Shown: positions 24,531-37,002 of the stretch, in pieces
Layout: every line of letters begins with the position of its first letter
Numbering within the stretch: the first letter of the stretch is position 1
Assembly (NCBI RefSeq): GCF_006345805.1
Contig: NC_043000.1
Location: 39,556,001 to 39,620,000 of the forward strand
DNA length: 64,000 nucleotides
Direction of reading: 5' to 3'
Origin: Octopus sinensis
Taxonomy: Eukaryota
The notes under the pieces: generated by a model
The model's input: only the letters and a program-made list of their open reading frames with translations
Told to the model about the DNA's origin: nothing
Database searches by the model: none
Made by a program: the position numbers and the translations under genes

Positions 24531-25728
24531 TGAGGAAATGACCAGAGACCGAGACCTTTGGAAATATTCTGTACGTGAGAAGACCAGGCAGGACAAGTGA
24601 GCCCAGCCCACTTATGAATGCCTTTCCTCCCTTGGACACAAAGACCGGTTGAGGCAAGCGAAGTCGATATAGAACCTCATCCGATGACAGACACCCATGC
24701 CAACCCTCCATGCTTGCGAAGACATGTTGGGGCAAGCGAAATCGAAATCAAAACCGAATTGAACCAGCCAGGATCCCTGGCCTGGTGGTACGTAAAAAGC
24801 ACTATCCGACTCGTGGCCGTGGCACGTAAAATACTCCAATGCGACCGTACGACAGGCACCCATGCCAACCCCCTTTGCTTGTGAAGACATGTTGGGGCAA
24901 GCGAAATCGAAATCGAATTGAACCAGCCAGGATCCCTGGCCTGGTGGTACGTAAAAAGCACTATCCGACTCGTGGCCGTGGCACGTAAAATACTCCAATG
25001 CGACCGTACGACAGGCACCCATGCCAACCCCCTTTGCTTGTGAAGACATGTTGGGGCAAGCGAAATCGAAATCGAATTGAACCAGCCAGGATCCCTGGTC
25101 TGGTGGTACGTAAAAAGCACTATCCGACTCGTGGCCGTGGCACGTAAAATACTCCAATGCGACCGTACGACAGGCACCCTTGCCAACCCCCTTTGCTTGT
25201 GAAGACATGTTGGGGCAAGCGAAATCGAAATCGAATTGAACCAGCCAGGATCCCTGGTCTGGTGGTACGTAAAAAGCACTATCCGACTCGTGGCCGTGGC
25301 ACGTAAAATACTCCAATGCGACCGTACGACAGGCACCTTGCCAACCCCCTTTGCTTGTGAAGACATGTTGGGGCAAGCGAAATCGAAATTGAATTGAACC
25401 AGCCAGGATCCCTGGTCTGGTGGTACGTAAAAAGCACTATCCGACTCGTGGCCGATGCCAGCACCGCCTCGACTGGCTTCCGTGCCGGTGGCACATAAAA
25501 TACACCAATCTGACCGTAGCCGTTGCCAGCCCCGCCTGGCACCTGTGCAGGTGGCACGTAAAAAGCACCCACTACACTCACGGAGTGGTTGGCGTTAGGA
25601 AGGGCATCCAGCTGTAGAAACATTGCCAAATTAGACTGGAGCCTGGTGCAGCCTTCTGGCTTCCCAGAACCCCGGACGAACCGTCCAACCCATGCTAGCA
25701 TGGAGAACGGACGTTAAACGACGATGAT
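24531..25728 (+). mobile_element. RTE LINE 3' end with expanded 3'UTR
   Basis: [22 protein letters not shown], then UTR and the shared tail ccgtccaacccatgctagcatggagaacggacgttaaacgacgatgat. Confidence 0.88.
24690..25455 (+). repeat. 159-bp minisatellite (~4.8 near-identical units) in the RTE 3'UTR
   Basis: gacatgttggggcaagcg at 24721, 24886, 25045, 25204 and 25362. Confidence 0.95.
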
Positions 25729-25835
25729 ATATGTGTATGTGTGTATGTATGCATATATGAACATGCAAGCGGGTACATGTGAATATATATGATTATAGGT
25801 ATAGATATTTTATGTAAGTTCGGCTTTATATATGA

Positions 25836-25906
<71 letters not shown>

Positions 25907-26664
25907 CATACTTGCCTCTGTGTGTGTATATACACTTGCATATATTTATGCGCGTGTATGAGTCTGAATTTATGTATGCAAGAATTTATATATGCAAAAA
26001 TACATACAAATGAGAGTGTATATGCGTGAATGCATGTAACGTACAAGAGTTTCTATGCCTATATATATTTCTTGATGTATGTAAATGTCACTATACATGT
26101 GTGGATACGTATGCGTTTATACATTTTCACATTTATAAATTCTTTATTTCTTCTACTACTCACCATAAACCTGTGCACTTAAGCAACTTCACTTATATTC
26201 TTCATTCCAACTCAATTTTACTACTCCTACCTTCTCTCTACACTTTCTCTGCCCATCCCTTTAGCTCTTCCTTCCTTCCATCATTTTATCCTGACCACTT
26301 GCTAGCACATCTCTTTCGTCATTTCTTTATTGTCTCTCTCCGTTTTTCTGTCTTCCTTTTTTCTCACTTTCAGTTTTTGATTTGACCTTACAAACACAAT
26401 CCCAACTTTTAAGTCACTTCAAAGAAAAAAAACCTCGATCGAATAACACCGTTTACAAGACTCTGTGCTTCGAATGACCAATTATAATCACCATTGGAAC
26501 TAACTCAGAAGGTACAGGAAACTTATACATGCACCATTCTGCTTAAATAATGGAACTGCAGATACAATATCCTTATGTATCTCACATCTGTTTTCATTCC
26601 TCTACTTCACTCTGTATTTCATATCTTCCCTAAAATAACTATTACTTAAACATTTTCTCCCACC

Positions 26665-26712
26665 GTCTCTGATGAAGGGATATATAGAATATCCCGGAAA
26701 CAGCTGTAAGAC
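26665..26712 (+). ncRNA. Canonical minimal type I hammerhead ribozyme motif
   Basis: gtct|ctgatga|a-gggatat-ataga-atatccc-g|gaaa|cagctg|ta|agac; palindromic ACAGCUGU, GUA triplet. Confidence 0.85.
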
Positions 26713-26792
26713 CTCCTCTATATAAATGTTCTGAAAATTATTCTCAGTCTTGAATTTTTTATCCCATTCTGTTAATTTTTATATATGTAGTG

Positions 26793-26840
<48 letters not shown>

Positions 26841-26950
26841 GTACACACATACACATACACACGCGCGCACACACATGCACACGCACGCACGCACACATAC
26901 ACACACACACAAACAAATAAACACAAACACATACACACACATATACATAC

Positions 26951-27045
<95 letters not shown>

Positions 27046-27048
<3 letters not shown>

Positions 27049-29768
27049 GCAGCAATAATATCCAAGGATCAAGTTTCATGGAGTTAGTAATTCTTGAGCA
27101 GTCTGGAGAAGGTGCAAAGAACAACATTGAGGAACAATCATGTTTTATTGACGTAGAACGATATAAACCTTTCCTATATTAGAACAACAGATAAGTGTGC
27201 TTCTACTGGGAGACTTCATTCTGCTAAGTGTCGGATGCCCCGAAGGCCTTTCTCTCCCAAGTATGGCGCGTTGCGAACAAGGACAGTTGAAGTCTTTCCT
27301 GAAGCTCATCAACACTTTGTACATGGAGCAAATAGTATTCCAACCAACCAGGACATGTAATATACTGGATGTCTAATTCACAAATAATATGGATCTCATC
27401 CATATTGTGAAAGTGAGACCAATGCTACTCTCGGATCCCAACATGTTAGAGCTGACAATGTACGGACCCAAGGAAACCATGGACATGCAGCCTACAAGAA
27501 ACTCAGAATCTTTCCAGTTTGAACTTCCATAAGACAAACTAGAAACAAATTGAGAAAGAGATCCCCAAACAAAACTGGATTAAATATCTCTCCTCACCGG
27601 ACATCGACATGAATCTTCAGCATTTCATGTCTGTAATGTAAGCCATATGCTTCAAATGTGTCCCGGAGAGTAAGGCCATTGTACACGTGAACAAAATGCC
27701 CACGGAGAGGAAAGTTCTTATGAGACGGCGTACAAAAATTTCAAATCACCTAACCAAACAAATTGAAAGTAGGGAAAAATACAAGTGCGGCAGATTCAAA
27801 AACATTTGCAACTCTCCCATGAAAAAGAAGGGGCAGACAAAAAAGGGTAGGTTATAGACAATATAAAATCTAATCCCAGAGCATTCTATAATTTTGCCAA
27901 ATAAGCACCTTCAGTGCACCGCAGAGTAGGGCCACTCCTAGAAAAAATGGTTCACTCACAGGAAAGCCAATGAGGATATGTGAAATATTTAATGAGCAAT
28001 TCAAAATTGTTTTCACTCCAGCCGTAGGACTCTTCCAAGTCGCCAACTCAGCTGACGTTTTCGCCACTGCAGATATAAAAACAGAGGCAGTGATGATTGA
28101 TTACATCAATATAAAAAAAAGACGATGTAATAAGGGCTATAGATGAGAGGGAACTGAACTCAGCTACTGGCACTGATTGATTCGCAGGAATCCTAAAACC
28201 GTTTAAGCGAGTACTAGCTAGATCACTGCAGTCTCTCTTCTTCTAGAGCTTCCTTGCAAGTGACAAACTTACATGCAAGCTGAAGGAAGGGAAAATATGC
28301 CCCATTGAAAAAGGAGGTAGCACAGCAGAAACCAAAAATCTACACACCTATCTCTGTGACCTCGCTCATCAGCAAAGTCATGAAGCAAATAAAAGAAAAC
28401 TAATCACCTTTATTGAGGAGAATGACTTGCTGACTGACACCCAACATGGTTTCCAGTCAAGAAGAAGATACCTAACACAGCTCTTACAACATTCTGACTA
28501 GGTGTTGAAACAACTCCTCAAGCGCTCAAACGTGGATGTGATATATCTCGACTCTGCAAAGGCTTTCGACAAAGTTGGTCATGGGATGATATGTCACAAA
28601 CTGTGTGATCTTGGAATACTCAGGAAACTGGGAGAACGGCTGCATGACTTTCTGAGAGATAGAAGTCAAGCAGTAGTAGCCAATGTGGCCACCTCTAATG
28701 ACACGCAAATAGTGAGCGGTGCTCCCAAGGTACTGTTTTGGGACCACTACTGTGTATAATGTCCCTCTCAGATATGCCTTCAGCTACACAGCAAGCCCCG
28801 ATCACAACTTATGACGATGATACAAAAGTGTCACAGAGGTGATACAGAACGCTGAAGACGCTATGCACCTACAACGTGTGTTAGATGAAATATATAAGGG
28901 GACTTAGAAGAATAACATGCAGTTTAATTCTGACAGGTTTCAAGCCCTATTCTCACGCAACACTAAATGCAATGCAATTAAATACACTGGACCTAGAGGG
29001 ATTGCAGTCCCGCAGACAACGTCAGTGCAAGGGCAGGGCTTTTACTTGATTAATGACGTATCGTTCCCTGTGACAATTGCTAAGTTTGGCAATGGAATGC
29101 AGGCGGCTGACCAGATGGATTCTTAGATCGTTTAAAATGAGAGATCAGAAAACCATGATGGGCATCTGGAGGATACTTGTCTTAAAACGTTTTGACTACT
29201 GCTCCCAGAAATGGTCACCAACCAGTGTAATATTTATTGCAGAACTTGAGGCAATCCAATGAAGCTACACGAAGATAGCTTCTATGCAGCAAATAAACTA
29301 TCAGGTAAGATTCAAGAGATTGAGATTCTATTCCCTGAAACGTTGACGGTAAAGATATGCCGTAATGTACATCTGGAGGGACTTGTCCCAAACTTCAGCA
29401 TTGAGAGTTACACTAACGCTAGAAAAGGGCGTCACTGCATAGTGCCAAGGGGTCCAACTGTGACATCAAAATATAGGACAAGATATTGCAACAGCCTATG
29501 TTTTAAAGGCCCGCAGCCCTTCAATATACTCCCTATAATCCTGAGAGAGATGCATGGAGTGGATGTAAGTGTCTTCAAAAGGAATCTAAATCTCTTACTG
29601 TCAAGAGTCCCAAAAAAGCCAACTTCACAGCAGGAATTACAAGGGAAGGCAGCAGCGACAAATTACCCCATGCACCAAATATTAAGTTCTAAAATGAATT
29701 AGTGAAGTAAAATTATGCAGCAACAACAAATGGCGGAGCTCCAGAATGGCCACAGCTCGAAGGCTGAC
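27046..29768 (+). mobile_element. CR1-group LINE copy 3, heavily decayed (APE to tail)
   Basis: LLGDF, NVDVIYLDSAKAFDKVGHG, FDYCSQKWSP, FKGPQPFNILP; tail ggcggagctccagaatggccacagctc. Confidence 0.88.
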
Positions 29769-30120
29769 ATTTGTTCCAATTTCAATTAAATTCATATCGA
29801 ATTTCGATAAGCAGGTAAACTGCTTTAGAGCTTTCGCCTAGCAGCTGAGTTTGATATGTATGCGAATAAAAATCCGAAATTAGGGAATGGAGGGGATATA
29901 ATCCCGGTTACATATGTTTCATAGCTACCAGAAGCACGTGTCCTCCACGTGTGAACTTGGAGTCGCTCAATTGCAATGTAAACTTCCTTTGAGTAAGTTC
30001 GATCCGACGAGTAGATAGCAGGTTGCCCCATGTTTGGGCAATTTCTTCCTCCGAGATTCTTCTAGCCATGAAATATATATAGCCTGGATTTTATCTAATC
30101 TATTTCCAAATTATATATAT

Positions 30121-30185
<65 letters not shown>

Positions 30186-30315
30186 GTGTGTGTGTGTGTG
30201 TGTGTGTGGTGTGTGTGTGTGTTTTGCGTATGTACATATATGTATATATATAAATATATATATTTATATGCATATGTATACATATAGACACATACATAAA
30301 AACACTCATGCACAT

Positions 30316-30346
<31 letters not shown>

Positions 30347-30952
30347 AAGGAATACAAAAATAGAACAAGAACGCAAAACATCCAGACTGATGATACAAAA
30401 GAGAGAGAAGAAAAAACACTGACGGGTCATTCGAATTTTTCTTTCCTCAGTCGAGTTTCAAATTATCTTTGCAATTTCGGCTGGTTATACGAGATTGCTC
30501 CAATATGGCCTGCCCCAAGGGAAAACTAAGCTAAGAGCATTAGATTCCTTGGAAGAAAGCAGCGATTGTATACGTAAACAAGGACGGAAATAAACGGCGA
30601 AATGTTACACCAATGCAAATGCAATTAACAGGACATAACAACAGGTGTCTTTTGACTGAGGAAGTGAAGCCTTACGGCAGGGATACAAGAGATGACAGGC
30701 ATGAGGAGGAATATAGATGTTGCACGGATGGTAGTCGAACCAAGAAAGAAACACCGAACACCGGTGACGTGGAGAGAGAGGAGAGAGGTAGAGACAGAGA
30801 GACAGAAGAATTTGGGAGGGACGAGAAAAAAGAAAAGGAACAGAGTGAAATGAAAGAGGAGGGAAGGTGAGAATGAAGAGAAAGCCAGGAAATGTGAGAG
30901 AGGGGGAGCGAAAGAAAGAAAGAATAAGAGCCGTACAAAATCCATATGTATG

Positions 30953-31077
<125 letters not shown>

Positions 31078-31947
31078 TACATACATACATTCTTTGAAAC
31101 TTTTTGCAATCGGCCCTTTCAATAAATTCTAAAATTTACACTCTTACTCGATATTTTTGTAATCATGGTTTAAATATACGGGGAACCGAATGTGTCATTT
31201 GTTTTCATTTATAAGTTGAAGATACATTTTAGACGAGCTGCTGGTGTTTTGTTGGAAATTTGGCTGCATTCCTTTGTTTCAGTTTTCCTTGTTCTCCTTT
31301 CACACTGTAACATACTTAACAAACAAGTATATAAAATTTCAGAACGTTATTCAAAGGGTGAAAATAGATTTAAATAATGAATAGAAATATATGTATCGTT
31401 GGTAGGTCGGTTCAAAGAGTTAGAAATTTCTATTGAAAATATCTTAATCATTTTGCATGCTAACATTTTTTCTTTTCTTTTTTTTTGTCACTCTGACATA
31501 CATAAGAAACAAGGAAGAAATGAGGTCAATTATGTAAATTATTTTAATACTGTCTGAACTCAGACAGGCTCTATACACTTACACATGAACACATCCTTAG
31601 CCCCTGTCCCCACACATTCTCACATATAAACACACACACGCACCTTCGTTTTGGGATCACCAATACTTTATTATATCCCATTCTTTCCATCTCTTTTGTT
31701 ACAACCAGTCCCCATGATTGACCGCTAAATCCAAAAGTTTTTTTAAAATTCTGTTTAATTTCTTCTTTTCTGTTGAAGAGCGTACGCGCGAAACATATAA
31801 GACTTTGTCACTTTCCCGAGCATCAAATTAATACACTTCTTTGTTGTTCATACACCCGTCTACGTGTTTTTTTCTATAAGTATTGACTATCTATCTTTTA
31901 AACTATCTATCTATCTATGTATGTGTGTTTGTATGTCTGTGCGTGTA

Positions 31948-31989
<42 letters not shown>

Positions 31990-31992
<3 letters not shown>

Positions 31993-32820
31993 GGTCGAAA
32001 GCAATTTTGACTCTATGGACCCAATCAGCCAAAGATCTGGTCTTTCCAGATTTTCTAAAGATGGCCGATTCTAGGTATCCGGTGACACTTGAGGGACGCC
32101 CCATCCCCTAGTATCACCTGTGCCTGGAATCGGGGCACATTAGTAAGAAGTGCCCCAACAACCATGCAAAGGTTCTGGAAAAATTAATAGAGGAGGATGT
32201 TTTTCCTCCAACGGAGCCTCATGAGCATATAAAGGAGGGAGATGTAGAAAAAGTCGAGGAGGAGGTAATCCCCTCAAAAGGAAAAAAAGGTGGACAACAG
32301 TGGTTGCCCACTGATGGATCCCGTGGCGGCGGGAGGGAAGGAGGGACATACGGACAAAACGGAGGAACCACGCTCTCCCGACGCGAAAAAGGGGGGGGAA
32401 AGAAAGAAAAACGGGGCATCGCCGGCGGTTGCTGGTGCACCGGCGGCATGTTCCGAAACCCCTTCGGTGGAACGTGAGCCACCGGAACGAGAGGCTCTGT
32501 CAGCGGGAATTGTGCCACTGACAGAGCGGGCTGAGACCCCTACCCGTGAGGAGAACGTGAAACCCGTCGTTTTCTATCTCAGGGAAGGGCCTGTCGAGAA
32601 GTGCTTGGACGGTCTTTCAGGCCGAGGACGATTGGATTCGGTTTGTATAGACTGTCCAGACTGGCCTCCGCAGGTGGCTGCGGACGTCGTGAGTCAGAAG
32701 GAACTGTTCGAGGTCATGGTGACCTGTAATAAGACAGATTTTGCTTTCCTCTTTCCGGGTCCCGACCTGCCGATGCAGGCTTTCCTGCAGGCGGCGTGTC
32801 ATTTGCTTGATTGATCTTAT
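31990..32820 (+). mobile_element. Probable Tx1/L1-type ORF1 fragment with a decayed CCHC zinc knuckle
   Basis: YPVTLEGRPIP*(Y)HLCLESGHISKKCP, followed by a GC-rich, low-complexity 174-aa frame. Confidence 0.55.
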
Positions 32821-33069
32821 AGATTGTGTGTATATTGAATAATTTATTATATATATTTGTAATGGACTATTAAGTTCAATAATTGTCGTTTTTGATGGAA
32901 AAAGAAAAGAACAATGTTTTAGAGAAGCGGAAAATCGGCGGGCGTTTTCTGCCTTCTCTCATCAATATCATCCTTGTTTCATTATTCACCTCATCAATGT
33001 ACAAGTCCAGCGCGCAAGCTACTCTTTGTAATGCCTTTATGGCAAATCTTAATGAAATAAAGTAGGTGC

Positions 33070-33710
33070 TTATCAACCACATGGTTCTGGGTTCAGTCCC
33101 ACTGCGTGGAACCTTGGGCAAGTGTCTTCTACTATAGTCTCGGGTCGACCAAAGGCTTTTGAGTAGATATGGTAGACGGAAATTGAAAGAAACCCGTCGT
33201 AATTATATATATTGGTAAAAACGGTAAGATAACAAAAGAAAGAAAGAGACCTCAATATTATGTAAATAGAGGAATTTATCTGTAAAAATAATATGTGACA
33301 ATTACTCGGTAGCCAAGATAAAACTCTGAGTTTCAGATGCCGAGGTGGAAATCCACACCACCATCACTTCAGTTATCTGGTGTGGATTTCCACCTCGGCA
33401 TCTGAAACTCAGAGTTTTATCTTGGCTACCGAGTAATTGTCACATATTATTTTTACAGATATATATTATATATATATATACACATGTATGTATGTGTATA
33501 CATGTTTGTGTGTCTATGCTTGTCCACCCAACAACGCTTGACAACCGATGCTGGTGTGTCTACGTTACCGTAATATTAACGATTTGGCTAAAGAGACCGA
33601 TAGAATTAGTACTAGGCTTACAAAGAATAAGTTCTAGGATTGATTTCCGCGACTAAAAGCGGTGCCTCAGCATGGCCACACTTCAATGACTGAAAAAAGG
33701 AAAATGATAT
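33070..33710 (+). mobile_element. SINE family A interrupted by a foldback insertion
   Basis: Head caaccacatggttctgggttcagtcccactgcgtgg at 33075; body/tail aaagcggtgcctcagcatggccacacttcaatgactga at 33657. Confidence 0.8.
33210..33461 (-). mobile_element. Foldback element (84-bp perfect arms, 17-nt spacer) carrying an HHR-like motif at 33316-33378
   Basis: Minus strand agataa|ctgaagt|gatg...catct|gaaa|ctcagag|tt|ttatct; 6-bp stem I; core position 9 is U rather than A. Confidence 0.7.
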
Positions 33711-33756
33711 ATAGGTGCACCTGCGTGTATGTATATGTGTGCGCCCGTATTGTATA

Positions 33757-35202
33757 AGGAATTCAAAACAGGTTGCCCCTGGGAGCTCCTCTATGCTGAT
33801 GACCTGGCTCTCATAGCAGAATCACTACCGGAACTAGAAAAGAAATTTCGGTTGTGGAAGCAAGGTTTAGAATCAAAGGGCCTTAGAGTAAATGTAGCAA
33901 AGACCAAAGTTATAGTAAGCAGAAAGGCGAACTCATCACACACCCCCTCGGGCAGGTGGCCCTGCTCGATCTGTAGGAATGGTGTAGGTAGAAACTCCAT
34001 AAGATGTACCCTGTGTAAGCTATGGACGCATAAGAGGTGCAGCAACATCAAAGGGAAATTAACTGATAAGATAGCTTTCATGTGCGGCAGATCCACAGGG
34101 ACAATAGACACCACAGATACACAGTAAACAGATTCCATCACACTCCAGGGGGAGAAACTAGAAGTAGTTGATAGTTTCTACTACCTAGGTGACCAAGTTA
34201 GTAGCGCGGGTGGATGCTCAGAGAGTGTTACCAGTAGAATACGAATAGCCTGGGCAAAGTTTAGAAAGCTCCTACCCCTACTGGCGACAAAGGGTCTCTC
34301 GCTCAGAGTGAAAGGTAGATTGTATGATGCATGTGTGCGAACCACCATGCTTCCCGGTAGTGAAACATGGGCTGTGACTTCAGAGGATATGCGTAGACTT
34401 GAAAGAAATGAAGCTAACATGATCCACTGGATGTGTAATGTCAGTGTGCACTCACGACAGAGTGTAAACACCCTGAGAGAAATGCTGGACATAAGAAGCA
34501 TCAGATGTGGTGTGCAAGAGTGACGCTTGCGATGGTATGGTCATGTACTGCGGATGGATGAGGAGAGATGTGTGAAGAATTGCCGCTCCCAAAGAGTTGA
34601 AGGTATCGGGGGAGAGGTAGATCCATGAAGACATGGGATGAGGTAGTCAAGCATGACCTTAGAACGTTGGGCCTCACAGAGGCAATGACAAATGACCGAG
34701 ATCTCTGGAGATATGCTGTGACTGCAAAGACCCGGGGTGCTTCCTGCACCAGTTCCGCATAGCCCCAGCCCATTCAAAGTACCTTGGATTTCAGAACAAC
34801 CTGCTGTGCTTGAGGAGACCTATTGAGTCAAGTACATGAATGTCGAAATAAATATCAAATGGAAATAGCAGTTGTGATACCTGTGCCGGTGGTATGTAAA
34901 AAGCACCATTCGAACATGGCTGATGCCAGCGCCGCCTTCACTGGCTTCTGTGGCGGTGGCACATAAAAAGCACCATCTGAAAGTGGCCGATGCCAGCGCC
35001 GCCTTGACTGGCTTCTGTGCCGGTGGCACGTAAAAAGCACCCACTACACTCACGGAGTGGTTGGCATTAGGAAAGGCATCCAGCTGTAGAAACACTGCCA
35101 GATCAGACTGGAGCCTGGTGCAGCCTCCTGGTTTCCCAGACCCCGGTCGAACAATCCAACCCGTACTAGCACGGAAAACGGATGTTAAACGATGATGATG
35201 AT
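33757..35202 (+). mobile_element. RTE LINE, 5'-truncated, with (GAT)n tail
   Basis: ELLYADDLALIAES, CSICRNGVGRNSIRCTLCKLWTHKRC, LPGSETWAVT, 3'UTR repeats, tail aaacgatgatgatgat. Confidence 0.93.
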
Positions 35203-35581
35203 ATATATATATATATATACAATACAGGCGCAGATACACACACACACACACACATAACCGTGGCTGTGTGGTAAGATAATTGCTTCCTATAAGTATGGTC
35301 CCGGGTTCAGTCTCGCTGATACATATGAATAAAAACAGACAGATGAGGGCGTGCACCAGAAATGCATTATTAGTTTGATGCATGGTGAAAGGAGAGAGTT
35401 TGACATTTGGAGAATAGATCCCCAAAACGTTTCCGTAGATGACATCAACGAACGACTCCTCAACCGAATCAAAAGTCAAACCGATGCTGAAAGTGCATTT
35501 GAAGAGTTCAGAATTTTATGTTACTGGAATAAAGGAATAAACAAACTTATAACTGACATGCATATATATACATACATATAT

Positions 35582-36798
35582 ATATTGTTCCTGAGCATCT
35601 GCCACATACAAAAACCATCTTCCTAGTTAGCCTTCCTTTGACATTGCTGCACCTCTTATGTGTCCATAGCTTACACTTGGTGCATCTTATAGAGTTTCTA
35701 CCTACACCTTTTCTACAGATCGAGCAGGGCCATCTACCTGAAGGCGTTTGTGATTTGTCTACCTTCCTACTGATTACGACTTTGGTTTTAGCTAGATTGA
35801 CTCTGAGGCCCTTCGATTCTAATCCTTGTTTCCACACCTGAAACTTCTCCAGTTCTGATAGCGACTCAGCAATTAGAGCAAGGTCATCAGCATAGAGGAG
35901 CTCCCAAGGGCATCCTGTCTTGAATTCCCCCGTTATTGCCTGGAGGACTATGATAAATAGGAGGGGGCTGAGTACTGAGCCTTGGTGGACCCCTACCTCT
36001 ACCCGGAATTCTTCACTGTACTCGTTTCCAACCCTCACCCTACAAGCAGCATCCCTATACATGGCCCGCACAGCTCTCACTAACCATTCATCTATCCCTA
36101 GTTTCCTCATTGCCCACCAGATAAGGGATCGGGGGACCCTGTCGAAGGCTTTCTCCATGTCAACAAAAGCCAGGTACAGGGGCTTATCTTTAGAGTAAGA
36201 ATAGCTTGGGCAAAGTTCAGAGAGCTCTTACCTTTGCTGGTGACAAAAGGCCTCTCGCACAGAGTGAAAGGCAGACTGTATGATGCGTGTGTACGAACAG
36301 CCATGCTACATGGCAGTGAAACATGGGCCGTGACTGCTGAGGATATGCGTAAGCTCGCAAGAAATGAAGCCAGTATGCTCCGATGGATGTGTAATGTCAG
36401 TACTCATACTCGGCAGAGTGTAAGTACCTTGAGAAAAAAGCTGGACCTAAGAAGCATCAGTTGTGGTGTGCAAGAGAGACGTTTGCGCTGGTATGGTCAT
36501 GTGGCGAGAATGGATGAAGATAGTTGTGTGAAAAAGTGCCACACCCTAGCTGTTGAGGGAACCTGTGGAAGAGGCAGACCCAGGAAAACCTGGGACGAGG
36601 TGGTGAAGCACGACCTTCGAACTTTAGGTCTCACTGAGGAAATGACTAGAGACCGAGACCTCTGGGAGTGTGCTGTGTGCGAGAAGACCCGGCATGACAA
36701 GTGACTGGGCCTGATGAAGCCTTCTGGCTTCACAGACCCCAGTAGAACCGTCCAACCCATGCTAGCATGGAAAACGGACGCTAAACGATGATGATGAT
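35582..36798 (+). mobile_element. RTE LINE with 5' inversion (35582-36190 minus, 36191-36798 plus)
   Basis: Minus: EKAFDRVP..HQGSVLSPLLF..YADD..CGRCSGT; plus: RIAWAKFRELLP..HGSETW..EKTRHDK*, (GAT)n. Confidence 0.92.
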
Positions 36799-36964
36799 AT
36801 AGTTATCGCCATACTAATATGGCATTCTTAAAAATAAGAATAAAGCTGTTGCTGATTAGCTCCATGAAGCCATCGCCTCAAGCTAGCTACTTGACACACA
36901 AACTGCGTCCGTTATTAAACCTTCAAACAGGGGAGGTCAGCCGCTTCAACCTGCTAGTCCGACA

Positions 36965-37002
36965 GCTAGACATGTTTCAGGGTTGTTGCCCCTTCTCAAT
37001 GC
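36965..37002 (-). ncRNA. Minimal hammerhead motif (U3:A8 core, GUC triplet)
   Basis: Minus strand gca|ttgagaa|gggg-caacaa-ccct|gaaa|catg|tc|tagc; palindromic ACAUGU; stem I weak/bulged. Confidence 0.65.

Noticed and set aside
24612-25376. 254-aa and 229-aa repetitive ORFs
   Set aside because: By-product of a 159-bp (multiple of 3) tandem unit, antisense to an RTE UTR; no domain recognised
24690-25455. Possible CRISPR array
   Set aside because: Units are contiguous and near-identical with no unique spacers; eukaryotic context and no cas genes
30420-30460. Minus-strand ctgagga...gaat
   Set aside because: GAAU instead of GAAA, no stem II and no stem I pairing
31770-31803. ttgaaga-gcg-tacg-cgc-gaaacata-ta
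   Set aside because: Attractive stem II, but U3/G8 core, non-palindromic stem III and no stem I; kept only as a possible decayed motif
35351-35626. 91-aa ORF
   Set aside because: Crosses the TIR boundary and a microsatellite; no motif recognised
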